NCBI GenBank assembly: GCA_965240325.2
Contig: OZ251235.1
Span: 1,612,001-1,676,000 of the forward strand
From: Rebecca billardiae RCC1528
Taxonomy: Eukaryota; Protista; Haptophyta
Direction of reading: 5' to 3'
Length of the DNA stretch: 64,000 nucleotides
Shown: piece by piece, positions 1-12,593 of the stretch
Layout of the letters: each line of letters begins with the position of its first letter
Position numbering within the stretch: position 1 is the first letter of the stretch
Made by a program: the position numbers and the translations under genes
Notes under the pieces: model-generated
The model's database searches: none
Seen by the model: the letters and a program-made list of their open reading frames with translations, nothing else
What the model was told of the DNA's origin: nothing

Positions 1-623
1 GCGTCGGCGGGGGCGGCGGCGGCGGGCTCGGCGGCGGCGTCGGGGGCGGCGGCGGCGGCGGGCTCGGCGGCGGCGCCGGCGGGGGCGGCGGCGGCGGGCT
101 CGGCGGCGGCGCCGGCGGGGGCGGCGGCGGCGGGCTGGGCGGCGGCGTCGGTGGCGGCGGCGGCGGAGGGCTCGGCGGCGGCGTCGGCGGGGGCGGCGGA
201 GGTGGGCTCGGCGGCGGCGTCGGGGGCGGCGGCGGCGGCGGGCTCGGCGGCGGCACCGGCGGGGGCGGCGGCGGCGGGCTCGGCGGCGGCGTCGGCGGCG
301 GCGGCGGCGGCGGGCTGGGCGGCGGCGTCGGCGGCGGCGGCGGCGGCGGGCTGGGCGGCGGCGTCGGCGGCGGCGGCGGCGGCGGGCTCGGCGGCGGTGT
401 GGGCGGCGGCGGCGGCGGAGGGCTCGGCGGCGGCGTCGGCGGCGGCGGCGGCGGAGGGCTCGGCGGCGGCGTCGGCGGCGGCGGCGGCGGCGGGCTCGGC
501 GGCGGCGTCGGCGGCGGGGTTGGTGGCGGCGGCGGTGGAGGGCTCGGCGGCGGGTTCGGCGGCGGGGTTGGTGGCGGCGGCGGTGGGGGGCTCGGCGGCG
601 GGGTTGGCGATGGCGATGGCGAA

Positions 624-654
<31 letters not shown>

Positions 655-672
655 GCGAGGGCGAAGGCGAGG
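1..672. repeat. GGC-rich low-complexity coding repeat (SPPPP/SP units on minus strand)
   Basis: Imperfect (GGC)n array with ggctc/gcgtc interruptions, then (gagggc)n. Confidence 0.9.
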
Positions 673-1390
673 GGTCGGGCGTGCTCGGAACGAAGGAGAA
701 GACCGGAGTGGAGAGCAGGGAGAGCGCGTTGTACTTGAGCTGCGTGGCCGTGCGAAGGGCGTCCCACGCGAGAGCCTCGGTCAGCATGCGCTCTCCGCGC
801 GCGTCCTCGCCGAGCGGAATCGCCGCGGGCGTGTCGTCGAACTCGAGCAGCGCGAGCGGCGAGGGCGTGTCGAGCGACTCGACCTTGTTGCGGCGAGACG
901 CCGCCGTCTGGACCTGTGCGTGGCTCGGCGAGTCCGATGAGACGAGGCCTCGCCCGGCGTGACCATCCTCAGCCCTGCAGCGAGCGCACGGACGCAGGCG
1001 CCCGCCGCGCGCGCCGAGTGCCGGCGTGCGGAGCGGTCAGAAGGCGCGCGGAAGCGCAACGAGCGCCGAGCGCAAAGCACATGCTGCTGGCGTGCCGGCG
1101 CGGGCGCGCGGCTGCTTCTCCACGGAATCGCGTCGCCCACATGCCGCCACGCAGATGCCACCCAGCCCGCGCCTGGCCGGCACCCTCAGCTCCGCTCACG
1201 CGCACGCTGCGCGCGACGCACGGGCGGGCAATCCGGCCGCGCGATCGCGCGCGCACCCGACGTCCACGCGGCGTGGGGACGAGGAGTCGGCTGACGACGC
1301 CCGGTTCACCGGGGAACCAGGCCACTCGGGGACGTGAGCGCCAGAGGCGCCAATCGCGGCGCTCAGCGCGGCGAGCGCGAGCCACAGCAT
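1..1390 (-). CDS. Secreted Pro/Ser-rich (extensin-like) protein, 3' end outside window
   Basis: ATG at 1390 gives a signal-peptide-like start, MLWLALAALSAAIGASGA. A GT-AG intron at 1256..975 joins in phase to AEDGHAGRG...PSTPDPSPSPSP, followed by SPPPP/TPPP repeats to the window edge. Confidence 0.7.
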
Positions 1391-2112
1391 CGAGCCCGCG
1401 GCTCGTGCCAGGGGGGCGAGGCCCGCGGCTAACACTCAACGCACCCACCCGCGTCGCGGGCGGATGGCCCAGGCCCACCCGGAGGCATTATGAGGTCGCT
1501 AAACCGCCTGGACCAATGCTTATTGGGAATCGGGCAAGCTCGGGGCGCGTGGCCTTGGGCGCGCCGGTCCGGGCGCGCGGCGGGCGTACCCCGTTTATAG
1601 CCATCAATCAGCGCTTCCAACAGTGTGGGTATTTGCACTATTTTGGACATTATGGGGTTGTGTGAGCGCTGATGGTGGTGACCATCTTTTGTCGACCCAC
1701 AAAAGTGTCGCCAGTGCGTCTCTCCATTCTCCAATAATCAGAACCGTACCCATAGTTGAATTTTCTGTCACACAGTGTGACGAAAGGACTGTCCCAGCTG
1801 TCCGGTTAAGACCCGGACTGCCACTGCCGCGTGCAAGCACTGCGGCCGCAGGGCCCTCGCCCCATGGGAGAGGGGAGGTAGTCCGGGTCTTAACCGGACA
1901 GCTGTCCCAGCCGTCCCCATATGCTCACCGATAATTATTATGAATCATCACCGCCCCATCAGAAATCCAGAATCCCAGATTATTGAGTGGCAGATTCCCA
2001 GAATCCGTGGACCGCAATGTCCGCAACCGGCCTGGCTTGGGCCTGGGCAGGTACAGGTGCTACAGTATGGCCTATTTCTGAACGGTGCCGTTTGCTGGAC
2101 GAGCGCGTGGCC

Positions 2113-3499
2113 ATGGTGAAGCGCACCGACGAGTCGCCCGCCAAGCGGCGCAAGACGCCAGCAGCGCGCATCGCCAACCCCCGGAACCAGGCGGAGTACG
2201 CCATCAACAAGTCCAACCACGACGAGAAGCAGCGGCAGCTGCGCACGGCGCTGAAGTGGTGCCGCGATGAGGCAGACGCGGGGCGTGCGAAGGGCGCGGT
2301 CAACCGCGCGATCAGCTCGGATCGGTGGCCCGCCTTCATCACGTCAACCTCAGCCCGCCGGACACGACGGGGCTGACGCAGCCGCTCGACCAGATCAACC
2401 AGGTGCTGCACTACTACTGCTCGGTGAGTGCCAAGAAGTGGGCGCGCTACCAGCAGTCGAAGCTGCTCGCGCAGCGCATGCGCGATGTGCGCGCCGATCT
2501 CGGCGACGATGAGATCAACCTCGAGGACGCAGTCGACGGCGACGGCGATGACGACGATGATGAGGGCGGCAGCGACGACGACGGCGACGGGGGCGACGAC
2601 TCGGACGAGGAGGGGCGGCGGCGCGCGGCGGGCGAGGGCGCGAAGAAGTCTCTCTCGAAGCGCGACTTCCTCCTTCTCCTGGGTACTCGTGGGAGGGCTT
2701 CTGTAAGAAGGAGAGCGTCATCGGCGCCTTCAAGCGCTGCGGCATCACCGCGAGCGGCGTCGACATCGGCTTGATGCAGCAGGACAAGTTCGCGGCCGCC
2801 GATCTGCTGCTCAACCCCGAGCGCGTGTTCGAGGCTGCTCCCGCGGCCGCGGAGGGCGCCAGCCACCGCGGTGCGGTGCGCCGCGCGATCGACTACTACG
2901 GCGCCGGTGGCATCCCGGCCGAGTACACGCTCGTGTCCTCCACCCACCGTGCCGGCTCGACGCTCGACCTGCAGCACCGTCTCTCCGAGCAGCAGAAGGT
3001 GATCGAGAGCCTCCGTCCGTGCTCAGATCGAATGGCGGAGGCGCTGTAGCCGTTCGACGTCGTGGGCAAGAAGGTCGAGGGCGGCCGGAAGCGCGCAAAC
3101 AAGGAGAAGTTCGGCTCGGCCGAGCTGGGGTGCTTCCTCGAGGGCTAGGAGGCAGCCGATGAGGCGGCTGTGACGGCGGCCGCCGATGCTGAGGCAAAGC
3201 GCGCTGCGAAGGCGGCACGGCGCGCCGAGACCGAGGCCGCGGCAGCTGCGAAGGTCGACCAGCGCGATGCGCTCGAGCGCGCCTTCAAGGCCTGCGAGAG
3301 GGGGCGCGCCAACTCGGCTGAGCCATGCGCGTGCGGCGCAGATTCGGCCGCGACGTGCACGTGCCGGACGCATCACTTCTGCCCGCATTGCGGCAGGCGC
3401 GTGCAGAAGACGGCATGCAAGAAGCAGAAGTGCCAGCCGCATCTCGTGGGTGCGCCTGAGGCAGTGTGGCTGTCATCGCCACGGCGACATGAGTCATGA
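2113..3499 (+). pseudogene. Frameshifted, internally deleted DDE_1 (pogo-like) transposase
   Basis: Motif SPPDTTGLTQPLDQ resembles the LPPxTTxxLQPLD region of pogo/Fot1 transposases. Basic N-terminus (PAKRRK), Cys-rich C-terminus (CPHC...CKKQKC). Split across four ORF fragments. Confidence 0.6.
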
Positions 3500-3562
3500 C
3501 GATCACGATGGATGACGCTTAGACCCTATATATAGCATTAGCAGTAGGTTTATATCACGGGG

Positions 3563-5964
3563 TAGGGGGTCCATGACAGCAGCCCACTGATTTGTGATTT
3601 TCGACAACTATGCGATTTAGGTGTCTGACGAGCGAGGCGCTTGCGAAGGCACCCACAAATATGTCCCGGAACCCAGCCCAGCCGTCAGAAGCACGCAAAA
3701 CCGACTCCGCGTGCCGTCACGCGGTCGTGCGCGCGCGCCAGCTGCGCCACTGTGTCACATACAGATTCAGCCAAACGTCAACGACTTGTTATGGCAGCTA
3801 AATGACGGTATATCGTCGAACATACTTATTCATAACCGTTGCAACCCGCCCAAATAAAATTACGGTGGAATTGCTGATTTTTAGAAGGCACGATGAGTGC
3901 GCGTAGAGGGCGAGGAAAAACTACGACTCCAAGATCGAGCATGTTACCCATTTAATTAGAGACACGTACCCGTATATATGCGCATGCCTACCCGTTTATT
4001 ATATAACGCGGGTGCGTTTTAAATATATATTCAGGGTGCTGTCAATATGGGGGTACCTTGTTCACTATTCGTGCCGGGTCATCCGAATAGGCCGCGCCGC
4101 CGCGCGGAGACCGCGGGCTCATGCCACTCGAACCGTGCCGCAGCAGGCCCGGACGGACCTGATGCGGGCGGCGGGCTGCGTGCCGAAGCACACTACCAAG
4201 CCCACCTCTGAGCATGCCACCATCCCCATAGTCGTGAGAGAGTCCTCCGCCATCGAGGCTTGCGTGCGCAGACTAGCAGTCGCCGCCGCCGAGCTTGCCG
4301 CGGTCCGTTCGGCGACTTCCGTGCCCGTGCTCTGTGTCACCGGCGTCGTCGCCGTTCGTCGTACCCTAGCCCACGCGAGGGCGTCACCGGTCCACCAGTA
4401 CTGCGGCGGACTGCGCGCGCTTCGCCGCGCGCTCGCCCTCGAGCTCCGGCGCTCTCCTCTCGCGCTCGAACTCGGCGCAGTCGGCAGCCATGGCAGCCCG
4501 CTCGGCCGCAGCTCGATCTGTGCCCCCGCGCGCGCTGCGCTCGGTTGCGTTGGCGCGCAAGCTGGCGCGCGCAGCGTCGGCGACGGCGCGCGCGATCGCC
4601 TTGCGCGACGAGTTCAGCTCCACCTGCTGCTCCGTCAGGCGCACCTGCTGCTCCAAGATGATCGCGTGCTCAGCAGGAGTCACGCGCTGCTCGTGCAGCT
4701 GCACCTGCACGCGGCCTGCTGCGGACGCGCGCGGCGCGCTGGCGTCGGGGGGCGAGTAGAGGTCGCGGAAGGGGCAGCTGTCGTCGCCGGCGCCCAGCGA
4801 CGTGTCGTCGACATCCAGCTCCGCCTTCCTCTCCGCCGCCGACGCGCCCTGCTTCCGGCTCAGGATGCGCTCCATGTCCTCGTGCTTGCCCTTCCACCAC
4901 CTGTGCACGGTCATCAGCCAGATGCCGATCACCTCGAGCCGCGGCGAGTCGTGGCGCAACGAGATGCCGAGCGCATCCACGCAGACGAGCGTGAGCGCCT
5001 TGGGCTTCTTCGTCCGACCGTCGCGCGCGGTCTGGGCGCACGCAGGGGTGAACACTCTGACCAACGGCTTGTGCTTCTTCAAGTTCTCAAGCATGAGCTC
5101 CACGAGACCACGAGCGTGCGGAGGAGGTCGAGGAGCATGAAGTCGAGCACCGATGCGTACCGCGGGCGAGTGCCGGTCACGCGCCAGCTGGTCGAAGGCT
5201 GTAGCACGTGGATGGCGCGCGCCGCCACCGCCGTCTCCTCGAGCTGCTGCGCGCTGACGTTGACGTCAGGCCGTAGCTCGGGCCTGCACGGTTGCTCACA
5301 GTCGAGGCCGTCCGCGGAGGAGGCGAGCCCCTCGGCGGTGCCGGCAGGGACCTCGGGCGGGTCGCACACACCCATGGGCACGCGTGCATCATCATCTGCC
5401 GCGCCCTGGACCTCGTCATGCCCGGCACATCGGTCCGCAAGTTGGTCGGCGGCAGCTGGCCCTTGCGGCAGAGGCGTCGCGGGCACGTCCGAGGGCGAGA
5501 TGGCAGCGACGGGTGGGGAAGGAGACAGTGTCCAGTCGTTGTCGATGCCCATCCCACCATATTGCGCATGTTCGTCTCCGTATTGCTCTCCTGCACGTGC
5601 TCCCAGGACGCGCTCCTTGGTCGCGAGCAGCACACGTCGAGCACGCAGATTCAAATGATGAAGCACGAGCGTCGTTTGGCCAGCGACTCCCAGCGAGAGC
5701 CCGGTCCACACGAACCGTGGCTACGTGTCCGTGTCAACCGAGTCGCTCGGCGAGGCGCCTGCGCCGATGTGGGCGCGCCCAATGGCGAGCGGACGGCCGT
5801 CGACGAGGGCCATCAGCCTTGCCGACCCCGTTCAGAGCTCCGCTCCCGCGCCGGGCCGAGCCGAGCGCGGATTTGGAATCTGCCGATCGCGAAAACACGC
5901 CGAACAAGTTCTGAAAAGGAAAAGAAAAGAAATCAAAACTCGATTTAATCAGATGGACCCCCTA
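3563..5964. mobile_element. Non-autonomous hAT-like TIR element (2.4 kb)
   Basis: Perfect 12-bp TIR TAGGGGGTCCAT / ATGGACCCCCTA, flanked by the direct repeat CACGGGG (3556-3562 and 5965-5971). Confidence 0.7.
4384..5552 (-). pseudogene. Frameshifted unknown gene carried inside the hAT-like element, coiled-coil C-terminus
   Basis: Two overlapping coding-like ORFs (5079-5711 and 4384-5103) joinable by a frameshift near 5100. No transposase motif recognised. Confidence 0.4.
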
Positions 5965-6381
5965 CACGGGGGTAGCTGTCGTCCGCTCGACCGCTGGGAC
6001 CACCAGTGACTGACTCAGTCCAGTGCCCACGCGCGTTCCGCGCGCGCGGGTCAGATACAGAAGTTCAGACCGTTGACAGTCAGACACAGCTGTCATAGTG
6101 ACAGTCTGTCCGAAGAAGGCTGGAAGCGCCAGCTCACAGCAGTCCTGCAGTCACAGCTGGGCGCGGCCGGCGCCGCGCGTGACCGCTACGGCGACGCTGT
6201 CTCCGACTCCGTGATGCGTCATCCGCCTTTATTGCCTTAGAGGATCCGATCCGATCGATCACGTAGCAGACGTCAGACCGGTTGACAGCTTGTGTTAGTG
6301 TCACAGACAGTTAGTGTTACTCGCCCTCGGACAATACTGCATGACTGTCGGTTCCGAGTGATCCGCGATTGTGGTTTGTGA

Positions 6382-7698
6382 TCACACAAACTGCGACATG
6401 AGAGTATTCACCTGTGAATCGCGCGTCACAAGGGCGGGGCGGGCGCCACGCGGTGAGGAGTGAACCCGTGAGCGCGAGCGCCTGAGCCCAAACCGGGCGG
6501 TGCCCGTGGTGGCGCACCTGTAGCTGCAGCTCTCGCAGCTTCTCGATGCCGACCTGCTTCTGCTCGTCCGGGAGCGTCATCAGGGAAGTGGCGTCGAGGG
6601 TGAGGCCCTCCTCGATCTCGAGCTCGATCGTCGCCTGGGGGCGATGGCGCTTGACGGTCGCGCGTGCAGCGGTGAGCGCACCGATCGGCGAGCCGTTCGC
6701 CGAGTAGGCGAGCTCGCCCACCTGGGGCAGCCGCGGCGTCTTCATCGATGAGCCGGGCATCACTCCAGCAGCCCCAAAGGCTGCCGGCGTCGAAAAGTTG
6801 GGCAACTGCGCCAACGGTGCGCCAGCGCCGGCCGCCGACGGCGTCGACTTGACGGCTGATCGCGTCGCGCGTGTCGCGCGTGTGGCTTGCGCTGAAGGCG
6901 TGCCGGACGCGCCCTGCGCAGCGCGCACGCCGCGCGCGGCCGTGCAGCACCGTTTGAGCTTGCAGAGCGAGCGCGCGCACCGGCGCGCGGACGAGAAGCG
7001 CGCGCGAAGCGTGCGCACCTTCGCGGTGGACGGCGCCTTGTGCGCACTCCGCAGCACTCGCGCCTTCTTTGCGGACGCCTTTCGCGTCGAGTCATTCCAG
7101 GTGTTGAACTTGTTGGAGCCGCTCGCCTCCTGCGCAGCTGCCCGGGCGGCCGCACTCCTGCACAGCGCACGCAGCACATCCGGCGCGCGCTCTTGAGCGC
7201 GGCGGCGTGCAAGGGGCTCGCGCGACGGGCGCAGCGAGAACGCACCGGGACATCGTATTGTACCGCTGCGCGCTGAGCGCCTGCGCCGCGTCCTCCTCCT
7301 GCGCGAGATCCTGGACCACGCGCTGCAGCTGCTCGTCGTACACTTGCTGCAGATCGCCTGCGTACTTCTCGCAGAACTCGCCCATGGACAGCGTGCGGAT
7401 CTTCTTGGGCAGTTTCATCAGCTGCACGTGGAACGCATTCTCCAGCGACACCGCAAGGCCCTCGGCGAGCGAGCGCAGCTGCTCCACCTTTCCTTGCACT
7501 GCTCGAGCGCGCGCCCGCGCACGCGTGTGAGTCCATGCAGCCCTGACAGGCGCGCGCGCGCGCGTGCGGCGAGATCGCACCTTCGAGGTCAAACTCGGCG
7601 AGCATGGTGTCCGCTCCCTCGGCGGGAGCCAGAGCGCCCGCAGCCTCCACTCCGGCCCCCAGCCCAAACGCCTGCGTGGCGTCCATGGCGCGCTCCAT
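6382..7698 (-). CDS. Borealin-like chromosomal passenger complex subunit
   Basis: Spliced N-terminus LAEFDLEVQGKVEQLR...LENAFHVQLMKLPKKIRTLSMGEF matches the Nbl1/Borealin N pattern, and RLPQVGELAYSANGSPI matches the C-terminal motif. In-phase introns 7580..7499, 7245..7158 and a last intron ending at 6412; final exon VNTLMSQFV*. Confidence 0.75.
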
Positions 7699-8161
7699 CG
7701 TGTTCGCGTTTTGAATGACGGCCTTCGCGCCGTTCCGGCAAGCTGGACAGCTGCTGGGGGGGCCCGACCAAAGAAAGCCCCGGAGTGGCTCCGGATTCCG
7801 GAAGTCCGGCAAATCTCCGCCAAGGCGCCAACTTCCGCCGATTTTCAGCCGGGTAATCAAGAGTACGGTACGACCAAAGAAGGAATGACGACCTACTACT
7901 GGATGCCGATTGTTAATACTGTACCGTACAGTAAGTACTAGTGAAAGTTGGTCGTCCCAAGGGAGGTCCCTTGGTCGTCCCGTGCTCTCTGACGAAGTGA
8001 CGAGACTCTGACAATGACAACACCGACGACAGGCCAAGCCGAAGGGGGTCAAGATGCAGGCGGAGCGGGTGCCCCTGACGCCGCCCCTCGGCGGCGTGCG
8101 TCGGTCGATCCGGCACGGCGGCACGTGCGCGCCCTCGAGAAATCACCTCGTGACCGCATCG

Positions 8162-8644
8162 ATGTTCACACTGCTGCTCCTGGTGGCCACCGTATCGCTC
8201 GCGGCGACATTGCCACCTGGACGAAGTGCGGGGCACAGCATGGACGCGTGCCTGGGATCGCCATCGCGTGTGCACGCGCGATGCAAGCTCACCGTGCACT
8301 TCCGCGACTCATGCAAGGTGGTGGAGCCCTTCATGCAAGCGCGTCTGGACGCTTCGCACGACTGCAAAAGCAATCCGGGCACCTACAGAGGCTCACTGCA
8401 GGATGGCACACGCACCACGGGTGATGGGAAGTACACCGACAGGTTCCGCGCGATTTTCACCCCAGTTGCCGGCGGTGGATGTGCCATGACTGCGTGCTCG
8501 GAGTCGCAGGTCACATCTGTGATCGACTACTCGACCAACTTCTGCAATCTCTACAACCTGTACGGCAACAGCAGCTCTCCCCTCGCATTCACTGAGTCGT
8601 ACGATGCGTGCATGCAGCACGACGTGAACAAGTGCTGCCGCTAG
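8162..8644 (+). CDS. Small secreted Cys-rich hypothetical protein
   Basis: Signal-peptide-like MFTLLLLVATVSLAA, about 10 Cys, coding-like codon use (SESQVTSVIDYSTNFCNLYNLY). Confidence 0.75.
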   Translation: MFTLLLLVATVSLAATLPPGRSAGHSMDACLGSPSRVHARCKLTVHFRDSCKVVEPFMQARLDASHDCKSNPGTYRGSLQDGTRTTGDGKYTDRFRAIFTPVAGGGCAMTACSESQVTSVIDYSTNFCNLYNLYGNSSSPLAFTESYDACMQHDVNKCCR

Positions 8645-8810
8645 ACTAGCTAATCTTAGCTAGTCTGAGTCTCGGCGGGTGGGTCGTCGTCGGGCGCCGC
8701 GGGTCGGCGGCCCCGGGTGAGTCATTCATGTGATGCGGTAGCGGTGCCGCACGTGGCCATTCCCGACTGCTGCTGGTCGGCCGTCGGGCGGCGTCGGACT
8801 CGCAGTGCCC

Positions 8811-9123
8811 GCGGATAATTTAGTCACTAAGTCAGTGTCTAGTGTCTAGTCATAGTGGATTAGTGCGGCCGCGGTTCGCGATCGCGGCGCGGCCAGGCCG
8901 CATCACCGGGACCGGGCGCGCGCCGTTACTGTCTACCGCGAGACCGAGGCGCGCGTCAGTCAGCCAGTCGGCCAGACCGGGCCAGTTCGTTAGTCTGTTT
9001 CGGAAACGGACGGAGTTCTCGGCCCGTACTCCGTACGTAGCTGAGCCTGAGAGTCTGATCAGAAGCCTGATTTTTGTTATATATATAGAGAGAGAGAGCA
9101 GAATTCCAGAAACGAGCGCCGTA
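8811..9123 (+). repeat. Duplicated block A (second copy 11988-12302)
   Basis: Near-identical to 11988-12302, starting gcggataatttagtcactaagtcagtgtctag. Confidence 0.9.
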
Positions 9124-9132
9124 AGACGGTAA

Positions 9133-11517
9133 GGGGTGAAAATCCCATTTTCTGGCCTATCCGGGCGGAAAATCCGGCTGCTCAGATCTGACCGGACCGG
9201 GACCCGGACAGCACAGTATCTAGGGACCAGACACTTTTACATCTTCGTTCTCTTCGGATTGTTGTGTGACGTTGAATTCGGATCCTTAAATGTTTCGGAC
9301 GCGGAAAGGCTCGGGCGCTGAAAGCGCCCGAGCCCACCCTTGAGGTCCGGAGGCGCACACCGTACCCGCTTGCCGTGGCTTGGTTTGAAAGTTTCACGGC
9401 CGACCCCGCGTTCTCCCGCATACAATCGCATCAAACATGAGACGGCTTAGAATAGACAATAGTGAGTGTGCATCTCCCACAATCTCGGGAATCTAGAACG
9501 GCGCGGGGGTATCTCAGCGTACTGCAAGGTATCGTCGGACGCTGAAACATTCGGGCGCTCAAATGGTCAGCCATGTGTTTCGGCGACGACGAATCGCGCC
9601 GCGATTTAGGCTAGAATTCCCTGCAGTTCAGACTACCGAATGTGCTTTCTGATTGGTTGGAGGGTAGCTGAGTCGCCCGCCCGAATCTTGCAGTCGAATG
9701 TGCTTTCTGATTGGTTGGAGGGTAGCTTCGCCCGCCCGAATCTTGTAGTTATGTTTGTCTGTGTGAGCTGCGTGGCCACAACAAGGCCGACTCGCGTCGC
9801 GGTAAAAGTTGAAGTTCGGTGTCGCTCGGCGCTCAGCCAACGTGCTCCGCTCCGCACGCCACGGTCTTCGCCCCTGCGTCCGCGTCCCGGTGCCGCAGGC
9901 GGCCAACGGTCCGACGTGATGCCCACCGTGAGTGGATCACGACGCGTCTGAAACTGCACCTCTCACTACACCTTGACCTGTTCATCACTCGGTCACGACC
10001 GTGCACCGTGCGCGTCGGCTGGCGGCCCCGCGGCAGCAGTGAGCTCGCACACCGGGCGCTCAACGTCACCTCAAGTACATGGGCATCTCGTGTGTTCTCG
10101 ATTTTCCGTGTAGGCTTGACCCCCAGGGCGTCGCTCTCCCCAAGCGGCGTGTTTGGATCGGCAAACCTTTTGCCATGGTTCTGGAGCCTTTCCGGACCGC
10201 CATGCCGAATCCGCCATCGTGCGGCCGGTTTGGCGGTCCGGAAAGGTTTCAGAACCAGGCAAAAGGTTTGTTTGGGCAAGGGCGGTAGTTTGGGGATACG
10301 ACTGCTGAGCATGGGGCGGCGCCCCATTTGCACAGTCAAAAGACCGCGGGTGTAAAAGCGACCGTTGTCGAGTTCGATGTAGCGGCTGGGCGAATTAGTG
10401 AATTAAAAAAACAATTCACGAGACACTTGCGCCCACGGCCGCGATGGCGTGCGCCGTCCACCCACGACGGAGTCGTGGACGGACATCGCTACACAGCCTA
10501 CGCGACAGGCGTTGTCGTGATCGAGGTGCCCGTGCCCGTTGTCGATAGCCAAACGATTGGCACGACGACCTGGCACCACATCCGCGTCAAGCGCGGCGAG
10601 GCCGTGGTCCAGCGCGTGTGCGGCAAGCTGGCCGATGTGCGGACGGCGTCGGGTGGCGCAGGGGCTCCTGCCGATGCTACCTGGCGGCTGCTGCGGGGCC
10701 TGCTGCCGTGGTCGAGCCTGAGGCAGAGGGCGAGTCAACCGCGGAGCAGCTCAACGCTTCCGAGATCGAGCTGCGCGCGGTCGGACCAGATGACGGCCCG
10801 CGGCCGTCCAAGCGCACACGCAAGGACGCCTGAGCACACGCGTTCAGTCCGAGCAAAGCCTGGTCGGCGTACGAGCGCGAGCCAGCTCAGACACGGCACG
10901 AGCGCACGCGTGACGGCTCGTACGATGAGCTCGTCGGCTTGGTCATCGGGCTGCTGTCGCTCGTCGCCTCGCTTGTCACGTCACACTCAGCTGAGCAGAG
11001 ACATCACTCCCGCCGTTCAGCTGATCGACGAGGACGAGGCGGCCAAGGCGGCGGCGGCTCAAACGCCTGGAGGAGGAGCGCAGGAGGAGGATGAGCTCCC
11101 AGCGCTGAGCCTGTGGGGCCGCGCCGAGGCCAGGCACCGCGGCCAGCGGCTGCAGTCGCGGGTAGCTGCCGGACAGCAGCTCGGCGGCACACGCTCACTC
11201 ATACGTCGATCCTCTCGTGCTCGAGAGTCGAGGCGGCGGGCAAGGTGCAGGCCGCACGCGAGCTTGCTGAGCGTGCGCAGGCCGAGCCGCAGCTGAGCCC
11301 CGAGGGTGCTCGGGACGCCGCGTGCGCAAGCAGGCCGCCTCGCAGCACTTGGTGCTTCGCATAATAACTACGCTGATACTACTGTACCCGCGAAAATTTC
11401 TTCGCACTGCGTGCGCTTTATTCCCTTTATTATTTTATTCCTTATTCGCGTATTAAATGCCGCTTTTATTCCGCCTCCCCAGTGCGGAAGTGCGCCAGAA
11501 AATGGGAATTCCACCCT
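9133..11517. mobile_element. Unclassified 2.4-kb TIR element
   Basis: Imperfect 24-bp TIR GGGGTGAAAATCCCATTTTCTGGC / GCCAGAAAATGGGAATTCCACCCT. Absent from the paralogous junction at ~12302-12320. Internal 58-bp tandem repeat at ~9637-9745. TSD unclear. Confidence 0.75.
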
Positions 11518-11518
11518 A

Positions 11519-11989
11519 TAAGTGAGTGACGTGCCCGTCGTGACGTGTCAGAGACAGCGGCTTCCGCTTAATACTGCTAATATCGAATAGTTACTGACTG
11601 AACCGTAGTCGGTCGGTAAGCCGTGGGCGTGAGTCGGACTGTCGGTACTCGGGTCTCGGCGGCAGCATGCCGCGGCATCTTGGCGGAGTCGGATCGGGCT
11701 CGGGCCTGGGCCCTGGGCGTCTAGGTCACCCGGGGCCGGGCTACCTCGGATCACGGTAACTAGCTGACAAGCTGCGGGCCGCTGCCCCTGTCTGACCGTC
11801 TCGCCAGGCAACGTCTTGCCATCGTTATGCGGCAGCCGGAGACGTTGCTTGACGATTTTGATAATGGCCACGAGCTCCTTTCTCGACAGGCCATGGCCCC
11901 ACTCCACAACGCTCGTGGAGCCAGATCGCCTCGGCGGCGGCGTAGGGAGACCAGTCAGACCAGGATCGGGGTCCAGCAGATGGAGCGCG
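11519..11989 (-). pseudogene. Duplicated 3' end and downstream region of the U-box gene (block B; source 12317-12791)
   Basis: Near-identical copy including ALHLLDPDPG...PGETV; the stop TGA has become AGA in this copy. Confidence 0.85.
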
Positions 11990-12593
11990 GATAATTTAGT
12001 CACTAAGTCAGTGTCTAGTGTCTAGTCATAGTGGATTAGTGCGGCCGCGGTTCGCGATCGCGGCGCGGCCCGGCCGCATCGGCATCACCGGGACGGCGCG
12101 CGCCGTTACTGCCTGAGACCGCGACGGACCGAGGCGCGCGTCAGTCACAGTCGGCCAGACGGAGTTCGTTTCTGTTTGAAACGGACGGAGTTCTCGGCCC
12201 GTACTCCGTACGTAGCTGAGCCTGAGAGTCTGATCAGAAGCCTGATTTTTGTTATAGAGAGACGAGAGAGAGAGCGCAGAATTCCAGATAACGAGCGCCG
12301 TAATAATAACGGTTTCAAGTGAGTCACTGAGTGACGTGCCCGTCGTGACGTGTCAGAGACAGCGGCTTAATACTGCTAGTATCGAATATAGTTACTGACT
12401 GAACCGTAGTCGGTCGGTAAGCCGTGGGCGTGAGTCGGACTGTCGGTACTCGGGTCTCGGCGGCAGCATGCCGCGGCATCTTGGCGGAGTCGGATCGGGC
12501 TCGGGCCTGGGCGTCTAGCCTCCGTAGGTCACCCGGGGCCGGGCTACCTCGGATCACGGTAACTAGCTGGCAAGCTGCAGGCCGCTGCCCCTG

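Larger units (their letters stand above)
1589..5972 (+). mobile_element. pogo/Fot1-like DNA transposon remnant, right end interrupted by a second element
   Basis: Left end TA|CCCCGTTTATA at 1587. The right end reconstitutes as TATATCACGGGG(G)|TA once 3563-5964 is removed. Encloses a DDE_1-like pseudogene. Confidence 0.5.

Noticed and set aside
151-962. Poly-Ala and poly-Gly plus-strand ORFs
   Set aside because: Antisense reading of the Pro-rich minus-strand gene, which has a signal peptide and an in-phase intron.
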